Of a stretch of 64,000 bases of DNA, positions 9,823-19,496 are shown piece by piece. Positions within the stretch are counted from its first letter, which is position 1, and every line of letters starts with the position of its first letter. Below the pieces are notes generated by a model. It made no database searches. It saw only the letters and a list, made by a program, of their open reading frames with translations, and was not told the origin of the DNA. The stretch comes from an uncultured virus (IMG/VR IMGVR_UViG_3300010370_000033) (lineage: Duplodnaviria > Heunggongvirae > Uroviricota > Caudoviricetes). The translations under genes were made by a program, and so were the position numbers. The stretch is taken from IMG/VR virus record IMGVR_UViG_3300010370_000033, one strand, 5' to 3'.

Positions 9823-11025
9823 TTAGTAGTTCCACATATATGAAAATTCAGCTTGACTATCGCCGTATTCATCTAGATACCAACGATCTCCATCTACATC
9901 AGTAAAAGTTTTATCTTCTAATCCATCCATAATGAATCCAAATGGAGCCATATCTTGTTCAATTTGATTCTTTTGTTCTTCGTATAATCTTTTTCTTACG
10001 TCTTGTTCTGTAAGTTCTTTGAAATAATCTTGTGCTACTAGCCAGGCATATAACACGAGGCAGATAGCCAAGTCATCATTACATCCTTCTTCAGCTTCAA
10101 ATGAATTATGTTTTTGAATAAAAGTTGTTAATTCTGAAATAATATCATAATCATTTAAAAATAACTTATCTTCTTCAATTAAAGTCTTAAGATTCAAACA
10201 TCCGATTTTCTTTACAGTTTTAGACATTTTCACACCCAATTGGGTGTGTTTTCCTGAGAATCCTTGTCCGACAATTTGACCAGCTCTTCCTCTCATTGAA
10301 CACATCAAAAGATTTGTGTATTCTAAGTCATAATGAATAATTGATGCTACTTGATCACCTACATCATTGACTTCACAAAAAATAAAAGCATTATTATAGT
10401 TTTTTGCAATATCTACAATAATACTTGGATATATCATTGGTTTAATCTGATTATTGCGATATTTTGCTACAACTTTATGAGGAAATGACGTAATATCAAT
10501 CACAACAAAAGCAGAATAATCTTTTTCTACACCTCTAGCTACATCAACAGTTATTAGATAATCGTGATTGTCTTGAGCCTCCTCAAAAACATCTAAATTC
10601 TTACTTTTTATTAATGGTGGTTCATACACAAGAGATTTAAGTTTTGGTGCAGAAATTAATGTGTCAATAGAACCCAAAAATTCACAATTATGCGAAAGAA
10701 TATTATTTGAATAATATATGTGGTCTTTTCCAGAATTTATTATATCAAATAATTCAATTCTTTTTTTAATAATTTTAAATTTTTTTAAAAAACACCCACC
10801 ATTTTTTCCATAAACTTCTGTATATTTGTCTAAGTCTTTTGCTTTTATTATTCCTTCTATCGTCATTAATGGGTGTTCTAATGAACATTTAAGAATTTCG
10901 CCATTTGTAAATTCTAAACGAATGTATTCATCTCTTACAATTTTATTTACTCCATAAAAGTTCTCAAATCCATAGGGAGTTTCAATTTTTATGTTGGAAT
11001 TATTTTTCAATATGTTGTCTGACAT
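9823..11025 (-). CDS. g17: Terminase large subunit gp17, C-terminal fragment (113 aa C-intein + nuclease domain)
   Basis: ...NNILSHN|CEFLGS...VDVARG...DYSAF...NDDL. Confidence 0.93.
   Translation of the reverse strand: MSDNILKNNSNIKIETPYGFENFYGVNKIVRDEYIRLEFTNGEILKCSLEHPLMTIEGIIKAKDLDKYTEVYGKNGGCFLKKFKIIKKRIELFDIINSGKDHIYYSNNILSHNCEFLGSIDTLISAPKLKSLVYEPPLIKSKNLDVFEEAQDNHDYLITVDVARGVEKDYSAFVVIDITSFPHKVVAKYRNNQIKPMIYPSIIVDIAKNYNNAFIFCEVNDVGDQVASIIHYDLEYTNLLMCSMRGRAGQIVGQGFSGKHTQLGVKMSKTVKKIGCLNLKTLIEEDKLFLNDYDIISELTTFIQKHNSFEAEEGCNDDLAICLVLYAWLVAQDYFKELTEQDVRKRLYEEQKNQIEQDMAPFGFIMDGLEDKTFTDVDGDRWYLDEYGDSQAEFSYMWNY
10687..11025 (-). mobile_element. C-fragment of atypically split TerL intein
   Basis: IKIETPYGF, CSLEHPL (block B), LFDII (block F), SHN|C (block G). 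Confidence 0.9.
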
Positions 11026-11060
11026 TTTTCATTTAGAGATTGGTATATTCAAGTTGTTAT

Positions 11061-12929
11061 TTAGTTGGATAATAACTCATATAATTTTCCCATTTCAATA
11101 TCTACTATTTTATCATCAATTTTAACTTTAATCAAGGTCTCTGCGGCAACACTTTCGTGCTCTGCCCTGAACTGAGTTTCACTTGTGTTGGCTATAGTTT
11201 GTTTTTTCCATTCTTCATCTCTTCCCGGAACTTGAGACCAATGAACTTCTGTTGTTACAAATTCATTTCTACCTCTTTCGGCATCGTGCCACATTTGATA
11301 GAATTTGTTGAGTCCGCGTGGCGTGCTCACAATTATAACTTTTGTTGATTTTCCAGAAGAAATTGTTGGATACACGGATGCAAAGAATTCATCTGCAATA
11401 TGGTTCGGTACGAATGCGAACTCATCAAGAAAAATAATATTAAAGGTCATACCTCTAACGGCAGAAGCCGAAGTAGATGCGGCTAAAATTTTAGATCCGT
11501 TTTCAAGTTCTAATGATCCTTTATTCCAAGAAATGATCCCCTGTTGCATCCATTTTGGAAGATTTTCATAGGCTAATTGCAATCTACTTAATATTTCTCT
11601 AGAAGTAGAAGCCTTATTACCAAGAATACCAATAGTTACATTATCATTAAAAACAATATAATGTAATAGATATGAAATTACAGTCGTTGTGTTATGTGTT
11701 GGTATGAAAGTTTTTCCACACAAAAATAAATGATCTTCACTATCTACTTGAATACACGCAACAGGGACACTTTCAACTTTTTCTATTTTTTGTATATAAA
11801 TTCTTTTATTTTGTGGCCTTCCATTTCCATTAAAATTGATTAAATTTACTTTTCTAGGAAGATTAAATAATTTTTCTTTACTCGCAAACCTAATTGTATA
11901 ATACCAACAATTATTAATTAACTTTCTAGAAACTCTAGATTTTATTCCCAATGAAGAAAGTAGTTCTACAACTTGGGTAATAAATTCGTAATTTTTTTGA
12001 TAAAATTCAAATGATTGCGTTTTTGTTATTGAACCGTCAGTATCCATTAAACCACGAAGTAATTCTAATCTTTGTTCTATAGATGAACGAAGATATATTT
12101 CAGGAATATGTTTATTTTTTAATAAATTATTTTCTTTTAATTTTTTTCTTAAATTTTTGCACTTAAATCTTATACAATTTTTATCTTCCCTTTCGTATTC
12201 TACATCAATTCTAGTTTTATAATATTCATAATCATTTTTATGGGAAATTATTCTTCCATCAGAGGAGTAACCATCACCCAACCAAACTCCAAGAAGATAA
12301 GGATCAATTGGGAGATTCTTGTTTTCTCCTATAAAAGGTTTTGTATACTCAATGTATATTGGTCCAACTACACCTTTTCCTCTTTTATTATTTGATTTTT
12401 TTGAATATTTTAAATAGATTTCATTTGTTGTTATAACTTTTTTTCCAGTTCTCCAATCTTTAGCATTCACTTCCCAAAGATGATCGGCATCTGCAATAAT
12501 TTCCTCTCCATTATCAAAATATATTTTATAGCACTGATGATTAAACATTGTTTCCGTTTTAAAAGTAACAGAAACTTCATTTCCATCTGGAGATAATATC
12601 TTATCACCAACTTTAATATCACCAATTGTAGTCCAACCAGTTGCAGTTGGAATTGGCGTATCTAATGCTAAGGCTTTTCCCACTTGTCTACTGCACTTTA
12701 CGATATTAAATCTGTGTCTATGAAAATTACTAATTAAATTTTCTTGAAACGGCCACATTTTAAAATTAACGAGACCTTGATCTACGTTAACAATTTTAAC
12801 ATAATTTCTAGTGAAATATACGGGATCATCCTTACATTTTACAAATTCTAGAATTTGCTCTTCTGTAAATTGAATAGGAGTATTGGCTTTTTTAAGATTT
12901 GGGTTTCCTAAATATACACTATCAGACAT
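11061..12929 (-). CDS. g17: Terminase large subunit gp17, N-terminal ATPase fragment (internal intein + 30 aa N-intein)
   Basis: YLGNPNLK, Walker A SRQVGK|T, Walker B IIFLDEFAF, VSTP. Confidence 0.95.
   Translation of the reverse strand: MSDSVYLGNPNLKKANTPIQFTEEQILEFVKCKDDPVYFTRNYVKIVNVDQGLVNFKMWPFQENLISNFHRHRFNIVKCSRQVGKALALDTPIPTATGWTTIGDIKVGDKILSPDGNEVSVTFKTETMFNHQCYKIYFDNGEEIIADADHLWEVNAKDWRTGKKVITTNEIYLKYSKKSNNKRGKGVVGPIYIEYTKPFIGENKNLPIDPYLLGVWLGDGYSSDGRIISHKNDYEYYKTRIDVEYEREDKNCIRFKCKNLRKKLKENNLLKNKHIPEIYLRSSIEQRLELLRGLMDTDGSITKTQSFEFYQKNYEFITQVVELLSSLGIKSRVSRKLINNCWYYTIRFASKEKLFNLPRKVNLINFNGNGRPQNKRIYIQKIEKVESVPVACIQVDSEDHLFLCGKTFIPTHNTTTVISYLLHYIVFNDNVTIGILGNKASTSREILSRLQLAYENLPKWMQQGIISWNKGSLELENGSKILAASTSASAVRGMTFNIIFLDEFAFVPNHIADEFFASVYPTISSGKSTKVIIVSTPRGLNKFYQMWHDAERGRNEFVTTEVHWSQVPGRDEEWKKQTIANTSETQFRAEHESVAAETLIKVKIDDKIVDIEMGKLYELLSN
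11064..11153 (-). mobile_element. N-fragment (30 aa) of atypically split TerL intein
   Basis: QFRAEHE|SVAAETLIKV...IEMGKLYELLSN*; block A-like, placed exactly where the extein continues as CEFLGS. Confidence 0.85.
11691..12674 (-). mobile_element. Class 3 intein (328 aa) with LAGLIDADG endonuclease in the gp17 Walker A motif
   Basis: Starts with Ala (ALALDTPIPT); WCT signature DHLW / VACIQV / PTHN|T; LLGVWLGDG and LRGLMDTDG. Confidence 0.92.
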
Positions 12930-12959
12930 AAAATAACCTCAAAATAATTTATTATTATA

Positions 12960-15038
12960 TCAACGACACCTCCAACGTCTAAGAGCCTTATTGATTCTGC
13001 TATTTGGATCTCGCGCCGTTTTAGCACTCGTTAGTTTTGACCGCATTCCAGACATCCTCTTACAGAATCTAGAACGCCTCTCTTTTCTTTTGCCTTTTGG
13101 ATTTTTCTCAGTAACTGCAGTTTGAAGTTTTGAGCCTGGATTTTCTCTACGATACGCATTAACTGCTTTTTGACTCAATCCATCAGTTTTATCTTTACGA
13201 TTTACTGACTGCCAGTCCTCATCAAGTTCCACTTCTTCTCCCATCGGTTTTACATAATTTTTATTTGGTCCTAATTTCGCTGGACTTCCACCTTGAAATC
13301 CAGGTTGAATTAGTGGTTCTCCGGGAGTAAAATCAGAAACTGAATGTTGAACTACTTTACATCCAGGATATACTTTGTTTAATTCAAGAGCAATTTCTTG
13401 ACGAGAAGGTAATTTTATTTGAGGGAAAAACATTCTTAAGGAATAATATTTTCCTCTCCAATTTAAAGTTACAAGAATTACATTTCCAGTTTGTGCTTGA
13501 AGTCTTTTTGCTTCTTTGATTTGCGATTTAAATCCCTTAATCGGTTCCGGTTGAATAAGATCAGTTACTTCAGCAAAGGTATTTCCTTCCGCATCCTCAA
13601 TTGTTACGTTTTCTGCTTTTACACAAGAACCTTTTGAAAATTGTGCTGTTCCTTTTTTTCTTTTATATCCAGGCCAGCATTTTTCGTTAAGAAGATCATC
13701 AAGAATTTTATCTGTAACTGAAATTTCTTCTTTAAAAGCAAAGTGAGGAAGACGAACTTGGGGTTTTACTTTTTCTATATTTGGAATAGTTTTGAGTTGT
13801 TCATCGGAAATGTTTTTTGTTCTTTTTGCAACTCTATTTTTTACTTTAGAGTCTGGATTTGATTTATAAACAGTAAAACTAACTTCTTTCGAATTTGATT
13901 CATTCATCTCACCACTTGCAACATAATCTGCCGCAGTATCAAGATAGTCTGCTGCTTTTGTGATTTTAGATTGAACCCAAGCTTCTAAATTACCTTCACC
14001 CTTTCCCACAGTCTGATGAAGTCTTTTAAGAGCGTCTGAGATAGTAGATAGCTCACTTCTCGCCATTGAGTATTCGTGATCTTTTACAGAAACCTTATCC
14101 CAAGCTTTTCCACCATAAGAACACTCACTTCTAGTTTCTCTTTTATCGCAGAGGGGACAGTATCTTTCTTCTTCGTGCATAGTTTCCTCCGATTTTGTTC
14201 CCCAGTTTGCGGCTCCAACTTTACGACATTTAGAAAGAGCTAAAGAACCATAAGCACTCGGCCAAACATCATATCTTGCCTTTACTTTATGATAGCAGGC
14301 ATCCCTTTTCCCTTCTTTCTTTTTAGTTTCTTCTAAGTTCATTTCTTCAGTCCTGACGTAAGTTGGTTTTGAAGCGCCTTTTTTTTCTGGTTGATTCGGA
14401 TCTTTACGATTTTTTCTTTCAAATGCTTTCTGTTCTTCTTTATCGGATAAATTTCTCGCCATTTTAGAACTTCCACATTTTGGAGTGGATTTTTGTCCTG
14501 GTTGGCGAGCACAAGGAGCGCCGGCAAAAGGTCCCCCCAACTGAACCCATCCCGGAACTCTTCTACCCGTTTTAGGATCTATTCCACTTGATTTACGAAT
14601 CCAATCACCAAGACCACTATCACCAGATTTAGTTTCCTCTTTTAGCTTTTCTGGTAAAGAAAATAAATCCCAACATATAGCACCGTGCTTGCACTCACTT
14701 CTTAATTGAACTTCTTTACATTTAGGACAATATCTTTTTTCTTTTTCAATGTGGACCGAGTGCATCGGAACATCCATATCAAATTCATCTTCTTCTTTAA
14801 TATCCTTGAATTTTTTGTGATGTTTTTTGGCATCCGCTTCCATTTTCTTCAAACGAGTATAATAATCAGGAATCTCATCTAAGTGTTGAAGAGCAATATC
14901 ACGAGCAAGAGAATGATCTTGTGTATGCTCGTGTTCTATAGGTTCTCCCATTTCAAGTTGTTTTTGAATAAAGGAAACATCAAGACGATGTTTTCTCGCA
15001 ATTTCCTCAACAGTTTTATGAGATTTAAATTTACTCAT
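12960..15038 (-). CDS. Multi-module basic late protein, probable head-internal polyprotein
   Basis: 692 aa; small modules incl. two RYCPxC..RSEC..G...WD units, separated by xxEE/xxE linkers. Confidence 0.55.
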   Translation of the reverse strand: MSKFKSHKTVEEIARKHRLDVSFIQKQLEMGEPIEHEHTQDHSLARDIALQHLDEIPDYYTRLKKMEADAKKHHKKFKDIKEEDEFDMDVPMHSVHIEKEKRYCPKCKEVQLRSECKHGAICWDLFSLPEKLKEETKSGDSGLGDWIRKSSGIDPKTGRRVPGWVQLGGPFAGAPCARQPGQKSTPKCGSSKMARNLSDKEEQKAFERKNRKDPNQPEKKGASKPTYVRTEEMNLEETKKKEGKRDACYHKVKARYDVWPSAYGSLALSKCRKVGAANWGTKSEETMHEEERYCPLCDKRETRSECSYGGKAWDKVSVKDHEYSMARSELSTISDALKRLHQTVGKGEGNLEAWVQSKITKAADYLDTAADYVASGEMNESNSKEVSFTVYKSNPDSKVKNRVAKRTKNISDEQLKTIPNIEKVKPQVRLPHFAFKEEISVTDKILDDLLNEKCWPGYKRKKGTAQFSKGSCVKAENVTIEDAEGNTFAEVTDLIQPEPIKGFKSQIKEAKRLQAQTGNVILVTLNWRGKYYSLRMFFPQIKLPSRQEIALELNKVYPGCKVVQHSVSDFTPGEPLIQPGFQGGSPAKLGPNKNYVKPMGEEVELDEDWQSVNRKDKTDGLSQKAVNAYRRENPGSKLQTAVTEKNPKGKRKERRSRFCKRMSGMRSKLTSAKTARDPNSRINKALRRWRCR

Positions 15039-15061
15039 CAGAAGACATAAAATTCTCTTTA

Positions 15062-15490
15062 TTATTTAGGATTTTCTAGACTCGTTTGCTTTAATAGTTT
15101 CGCAAGTTCTGCTGTAGAACCCACAAACAAAGCATTATTTACGGTTGTAGGACCTTTAGAACTTTCTCCTTCAACCTCTTTGAGTTTTGATTGTAGTACC
15201 ATTAATTTATCTGTAATATCACCTACATTTTTAATTAATTGTCCTGCAACTTCATATGCTCTCGGCATCTCAGTTTCTTGTGCTAATTCAAGAATACCAT
15301 TAATTGCCTCTTGTCCTTTTTCTATTAAGGAATACAGATTACCTCTCGTATATTCATAATCTTTACGAATATCCTCGCCCGAAGATTCATTCTTATCAAT
15401 TTTTTCAATTGTAGTTATTTCTTTTTCAGAAGAAACAACTTCTCCTGAGATATTAAATGCTTCATTAAGTTTATCAAAATGTTTTGTCAT
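15062..15490 (-). CDS. g16: Terminase small subunit gp16
   Basis: DYEYTRGNLYSLIEKGQEA, PRAYEV, NNALFVGSTAEL; synteny. Confidence 0.9.
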   Translation of the reverse strand: MTKHFDKLNEAFNISGEVVSSEKEITTIEKIDKNESSGEDIRKDYEYTRGNLYSLIEKGQEAINGILELAQETEMPRAYEVAGQLIKNVGDITDKLMVLQSKLKEVEGESSKGPTTVNNALFVGSTAELAKLLKQTSLENPK

Positions 15491-15492
15491 AG

Positions 15493-16494
15493 TTATTCTA
15501 CCGTTCCACTAAAGCCAAAATTGTCTCCAGATTCTACAAGTGCATTATCTGCGGAAGTAATTGATTTAATCTCCGCGCCAGCGAGATGTGAAGTAATTAA
15601 AGTGTTATCTTTTCCTCTTTCTACGGTTAAAACATTACCTGAAATAGATTTAACATAAATTTCTTCTCCTTCTAAATCAAGATATGTATTTGAATTGATT
15701 GATGCTGCATTATTGACTTCAATTAAGACATCTGTAGTTGTAATATCTTTGGATAGATTTGTAAGAACGATTCCGGTATAATTTTGAATTGCTCTTGGTT
15801 CTACTGAATAAACAATTTCTCTTGAGGGTGTGTTTGATACATCTCCGGCAATATAACTGATAGTAGTTTTTTTGATGATATCCTTTGATGCTGACGAGAT
15901 TGGTCCGAAAAGATACGTCTTTGCTGTAAATCTAAAAGTATAAAGTAAAACTCTTCGTGTAGTGAAATCACCCTCATAAGTATCTTGCATCGTAATATTT
16001 TCCAAAATAATTGGAATATCTTTTTTTTCGTTTAATTTATCAATAAGATTGATGCTTAGTGTATATGATGGTTGAAAATAAGGTAAAATTTGCTCTACAA
16101 CTTGCAATGCATCATCATTTAATTTAGTCATTAAATTTAATTCAAATTGCATATTATATGGAACCGGCATAAAAACTTTTTTAGTTTCTCTTCCGTCCGA
16201 TGGATCTTTTACTAAAAATGTTTGAGTGGTGGTAACTTTTCTTGATGCATCATAAGTAATTCCCGTAAACTCAAAAGACATTCTAGGCAATGTAATTGCA
16301 ACGGGCTTATTTAAATCTGGTGATTGTTCTAGTCTTGCTAGGAATTTTTGAATTGGACCATAAGCTAGAGGAACTTTAAGAATACTTACTACTTCATCAT
16401 CTTCATTTTTGTGTTGAATACTAATATTATTAAAAAGAGTACCAAATGCAATTATAGTTCGTCTTAAAATTTCGTGATAAAAATACTCAAACAT
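15493..16494 (-). CDS. g15: Tail sheath stabiliser/completion protein gp15
   Basis: YFYHEILR, FGTLFNNI, VPLAYGP, LPRMSFE, EQILPYFQP. Confidence 0.93.
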   Translation of the reverse strand: MFEYFYHEILRRTIIAFGTLFNNISIQHKNEDDEVVSILKVPLAYGPIQKFLARLEQSPDLNKPVAITLPRMSFEFTGITYDASRKVTTTQTFLVKDPSDGRETKKVFMPVPYNMQFELNLMTKLNDDALQVVEQILPYFQPSYTLSINLIDKLNEKKDIPIILENITMQDTYEGDFTTRRVLLYTFRFTAKTYLFGPISSASKDIIKKTTISYIAGDVSNTPSREIVYSVEPRAIQNYTGIVLTNLSKDITTTDVLIEVNNAASINSNTYLDLEGEEIYVKSISGNVLTVERGKDNTLITSHLAGAEIKSITSADNALVESGDNFGFSGTVE

Positions 16495-16519
16495 TTTGTT
16501 AATTTCCTAGTTTTATTAT

Positions 16520-17917
16520 TTAGGGAACCCCAAATGGATTTGCTTCATTGAAATCTAAAATTTTATCCGCTTCAACTTCAATATCTTCGTTTGTAGAATA
16601 TCCATCAGATATTTTATTTACATTGATAGTTGAAATTGCATATTGTGCTCCAGATTCTTGTCCAATAAGAACTTCTCCTCTTCTGAACGCTCCAGTTATA
16701 TTTGAAATTTGAAGTTGATTTGTAACTGCATTCCAAGAACGAACTCTTGCAGTGACGCCACTATCACTTCCAGTTAAAATTTCATTATATCTATATGTTC
16801 CAAATCCAATAATAGGAGGTGAATCAATGATGATTGTTGGTATTTGAGTGTATCCCATACCAGCATTAGTTAAGCGAATTGATAAGATACTTCCGCTTGA
16901 ACTCATAACTGGAATTGCTTCTGCCGATTGAGTCGCAATTCCAGAAAATGTAATGTTTGGTGCTACAGTGTAACCAGATCCAGCATTTGTAACAGTGATT
17001 ACTCCAACGATTCCATCTGCTATTGTTGCAACTGCGGATGCTCCAGAACCTCCACCTCCAATAAAACGAATTCCAGGAGGAACAGTATATCCAAATCCAG
17101 GATTAATGATTTCAACTGATTGAACAGATTTTGATGCTGGATTTACATTTGAATTGCAAGCAACAACTCCACCAATCATATTTGCAGTTGCTACACCAGT
17201 TACACCTCCAAACGGAGCAGAAGAAATCGCAACAATTGGAGTGCTAGTATAACCCCCTCCCCGATTAGTAACTGTAATTGATTTGATTCCACCATTTACA
17301 ATTGTTGTAATTGCAGAAGCAGTAGAACCAACACCAATCATTGTTAATGTTTGAGTAATTGCAACATTGAAAGAACCAATACCAGCAATGTTATCGTCAA
17401 TTTCACCAATTCCAGTATCAATAACTTCATCTTCATACTGAAAGAGTTCACATTTTAACTTATAAACATAATTCTTTTGAAGTTGATAAAAAGGTTCTTC
17501 GTGTTCTACAAATTTAATCTCAAATAATCTATCACCTAATGGAAAATAAATTATATCACCTTCTTTAGGACGTGTAGATAATTTGATATCTGATAAATTC
17601 TTAATTAGTGGAGAAATATAATTCTCAAATCTTTCTCTTGAAATAATCAAAGTTAATTCATTTGTGGCCTGAATTCCAAACTTAGAGAGCATTACATTAT
17701 TTCCACCATAACCCTCATAATTTTCAATATAGGCTTCAATTGGATAAGCATTCTGAAATGAAGATTCAATAACTTCTTTAATAATTGTATTTTCAGTTAA
17801 ATATCTTCTGGGTAAATAATGAACATCAACGCCATACATTCTAAGTTGTTCGTTGATTAGGTCTTGAATTAGACCTTGCTCGCTTTTTGAACCTTGAAGA
17901 AAGAATGGATTTAACAT
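16520..17917 (-). CDS. g14: Neck protein gp14
   Basis: EQGLIQDLINEQLRMYG, RPKEGDIIYFP, EIKFVEHEEPFYQ, NPFG. Confidence 0.93.
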   Translation of the reverse strand: MLNPFFLQGSKSEQGLIQDLINEQLRMYGVDVHYLPRRYLTENTIIKEVIESSFQNAYPIEAYIENYEGYGGNNVMLSKFGIQATNELTLIISRERFENYISPLIKNLSDIKLSTRPKEGDIIYFPLGDRLFEIKFVEHEEPFYQLQKNYVYKLKCELFQYEDEVIDTGIGEIDDNIAGIGSFNVAITQTLTMIGVGSTASAITTIVNGGIKSITVTNRGGGYTSTPIVAISSAPFGGVTGVATANMIGGVVACNSNVNPASKSVQSVEIINPGFGYTVPPGIRFIGGGGSGASAVATIADGIVGVITVTNAGSGYTVAPNITFSGIATQSAEAIPVMSSSGSILSIRLTNAGMGYTQIPTIIIDSPPIIGFGTYRYNEILTGSDSGVTARVRSWNAVTNQLQISNITGAFRRGEVLIGQESGAQYAISTINVNKISDGYSTNEDIEVEADKILDFNEANPFGVP

Positions 17918-17919
17918 AT

Positions 17920-18471
17920 TTAAACTCTTCTAAATGTATATCCTCTATGACTATTTTGTCCACTTTTATTCAAACATTTTGTAATAGCAGAACTATCACC
18001 ATTAATATATTTTGCACATTCTACTATTGAATTAAACTCAAGACTTAACTCGTTTATAATTACACGACAAGTAGGAAGATTATTTCCTTTTCCTTTTTTT
18101 GTCTTTGAAATTTTTTCTCCTCTTTTTTTTCTCTCTTCTGGTGTAATATTATCCCAAAATTTTTGTAATCCTTTTATTCTATTAATTTGCCCCGGCTTAG
18201 CTTTTGGTGGAGAATCTCCACCATCTGTTTTATTATAAAGTACTCCAGTTCCCAAGTCCTTTCTACCAAAAACTGCAATCATATATTTTTCGTGTTTGAA
18301 TGCCTCTTCCTCTGTTAAATTATTTTTTAAAATAATTATTCTATTCTTTGGTGGGACATATATTCCGTGTGTTTTATGATTTGATATTTCATACGCACGA
18401 TTTCCCTTTCCCTTTCCAATATAATAAGGTTTTTTGTTTTTTCTTAAGTATGCGTAAGTGTAGTAAATCAT
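17920..18471 (-). CDS. Free-standing GIY-YIG homing endonuclease with NUMOD-type C-terminus
   Basis: YYTYAY...PYYIGKG..R, NKTDGG, FNSIVECAKYI; wedged between g13 and g14. Confidence 0.8.
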   Translation of the reverse strand: MIYYTYAYLRKNKKPYYIGKGKGNRAYEISNHKTHGIYVPPKNRIIILKNNLTEEEAFKHEKYMIAVFGRKDLGTGVLYNKTDGGDSPPKAKPGQINRIKGLQKFWDNITPEERKKRGEKISKTKKGKGNNLPTCRVIINELSLEFNSIVECAKYINGDSSAITKCLNKSGQNSHRGYTFRRV

Positions 18472-18477
18472 AATTCT

Positions 18478-19332
18478 TCATCCAATAGCATCTAAGGGTG
18501 GAAGTTCATAAGTATTAGACATTCTTTCCATAATCAAGTCAATTTCTCTTTGAGCATCATCATAAAGCTGTCTACCATTTAATTCCACGCCACCGGGAAG
18601 TTTCACTCCAGCAAATTTAATTAAATTCTGACCCCACTGTCTTTTAATAAGTGCAGTCAGATAAGGTTTAAGAAAGGAATCATTCCAAACTCTTGAATAA
18701 TCATTCGGGTCTAAAGTGCTGTAACAATCAAGAATTAAATATTGACCGGGAGAAACTGAACCCCAATCAATATCTAAGTATAGTCTGTCTTGTCTTTTAT
18801 TAAATCTAATCTGTTTTTGTGTTGTGAGAAGAAAATCTAAATCCTCAAGATATGTTTTTACCATTGCATATGAAAGAATTTCAGTGGTTCCCCAATAGTA
18901 AATATCATTCAAAAACAGTTGATATTTTACACTAAACATATTATGTGTAATGGTATTTGAACCATCAAAATGAAATACTTTTGTCACACCAATAATATTT
19001 GGAGGAACTTCAAGATAATTGCTTGATTCTTGATATGAAAACGTAGTTGCTGTTCCGACAATACTTGTATTTACCGTAATAGTAGAAACGCCAACCGTTT
19101 TTTCTGATCCCTTTGGTCCAGGCGCTCTTCCTCTATCAATATCGTCTTGAGTGATTTTATATTTGTAAAATGTTTGATATACGCCATCAAAATGTCTTTC
19201 TTGGAAAAATTGTATTGCGTCATCCACAAGATCATCAATTTGCTCATCAGCGACGTTAATTTCTAAAACTGGAGCGCCTAGTTTTCTTTTACAATAATCA
19301 ATGAGTTCTTGTCTTGTAGATGGTTGTGCCAT
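18478..19332 (-). CDS. g13: Neck protein gp13
   Basis: LGAPVLEINVADEQ, ERHFDG, QWGQNLIKF, LPGGVELNG. Confidence 0.93.
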   Translation of the reverse strand: MAQPSTRQELIDYCKRKLGAPVLEINVADEQIDDLVDDAIQFFQERHFDGVYQTFYKYKITQDDIDRGRAPGPKGSEKTVGVSTITVNTSIVGTATTFSYQESSNYLEVPPNIIGVTKVFHFDGSNTITHNMFSVKYQLFLNDIYYWGTTEILSYAMVKTYLEDLDFLLTTQKQIRFNKRQDRLYLDIDWGSVSPGQYLILDCYSTLDPNDYSRVWNDSFLKPYLTALIKRQWGQNLIKFAGVKLPGGVELNGRQLYDDAQREIDLIMERMSNTYELPPLDAIG

Positions 19333-19496
19333 TAGATTTTTGTGAGAACTTCTTGTTGTTTTAAATAAAGTTTAATATAAGATTTTGCAAAATTGCGCAA
19401 AATTTCAATATCTTCTATACTATCTATATCTCTAGCTTGTTTTTCATATTCAAACAATTTACTAATGCATTCTAAAGAAATATCATCTGGATTCAT
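19332..19496 (-). CDS. Small helical protein, NblA-like (start reassigned to MNPDD)
   Basis: 54 aa; FEYEKQARDIDSIEDIEILRNFAKSYIKLYLKQQ fits a helix-loop-helix NblA pattern. Confidence 0.5.
   Translation of the reverse strand: MNPDDISLECISKLFEYEKQARDIDSIEDIEILRNFAKSYIKLYLKQQEVLTKI

Noticed and set aside
11026..11060. Group I intron or frameshift explaining the terminase break
   Set aside because: The gap is only 35 nt with no intron core; intein N and C motifs explain the split
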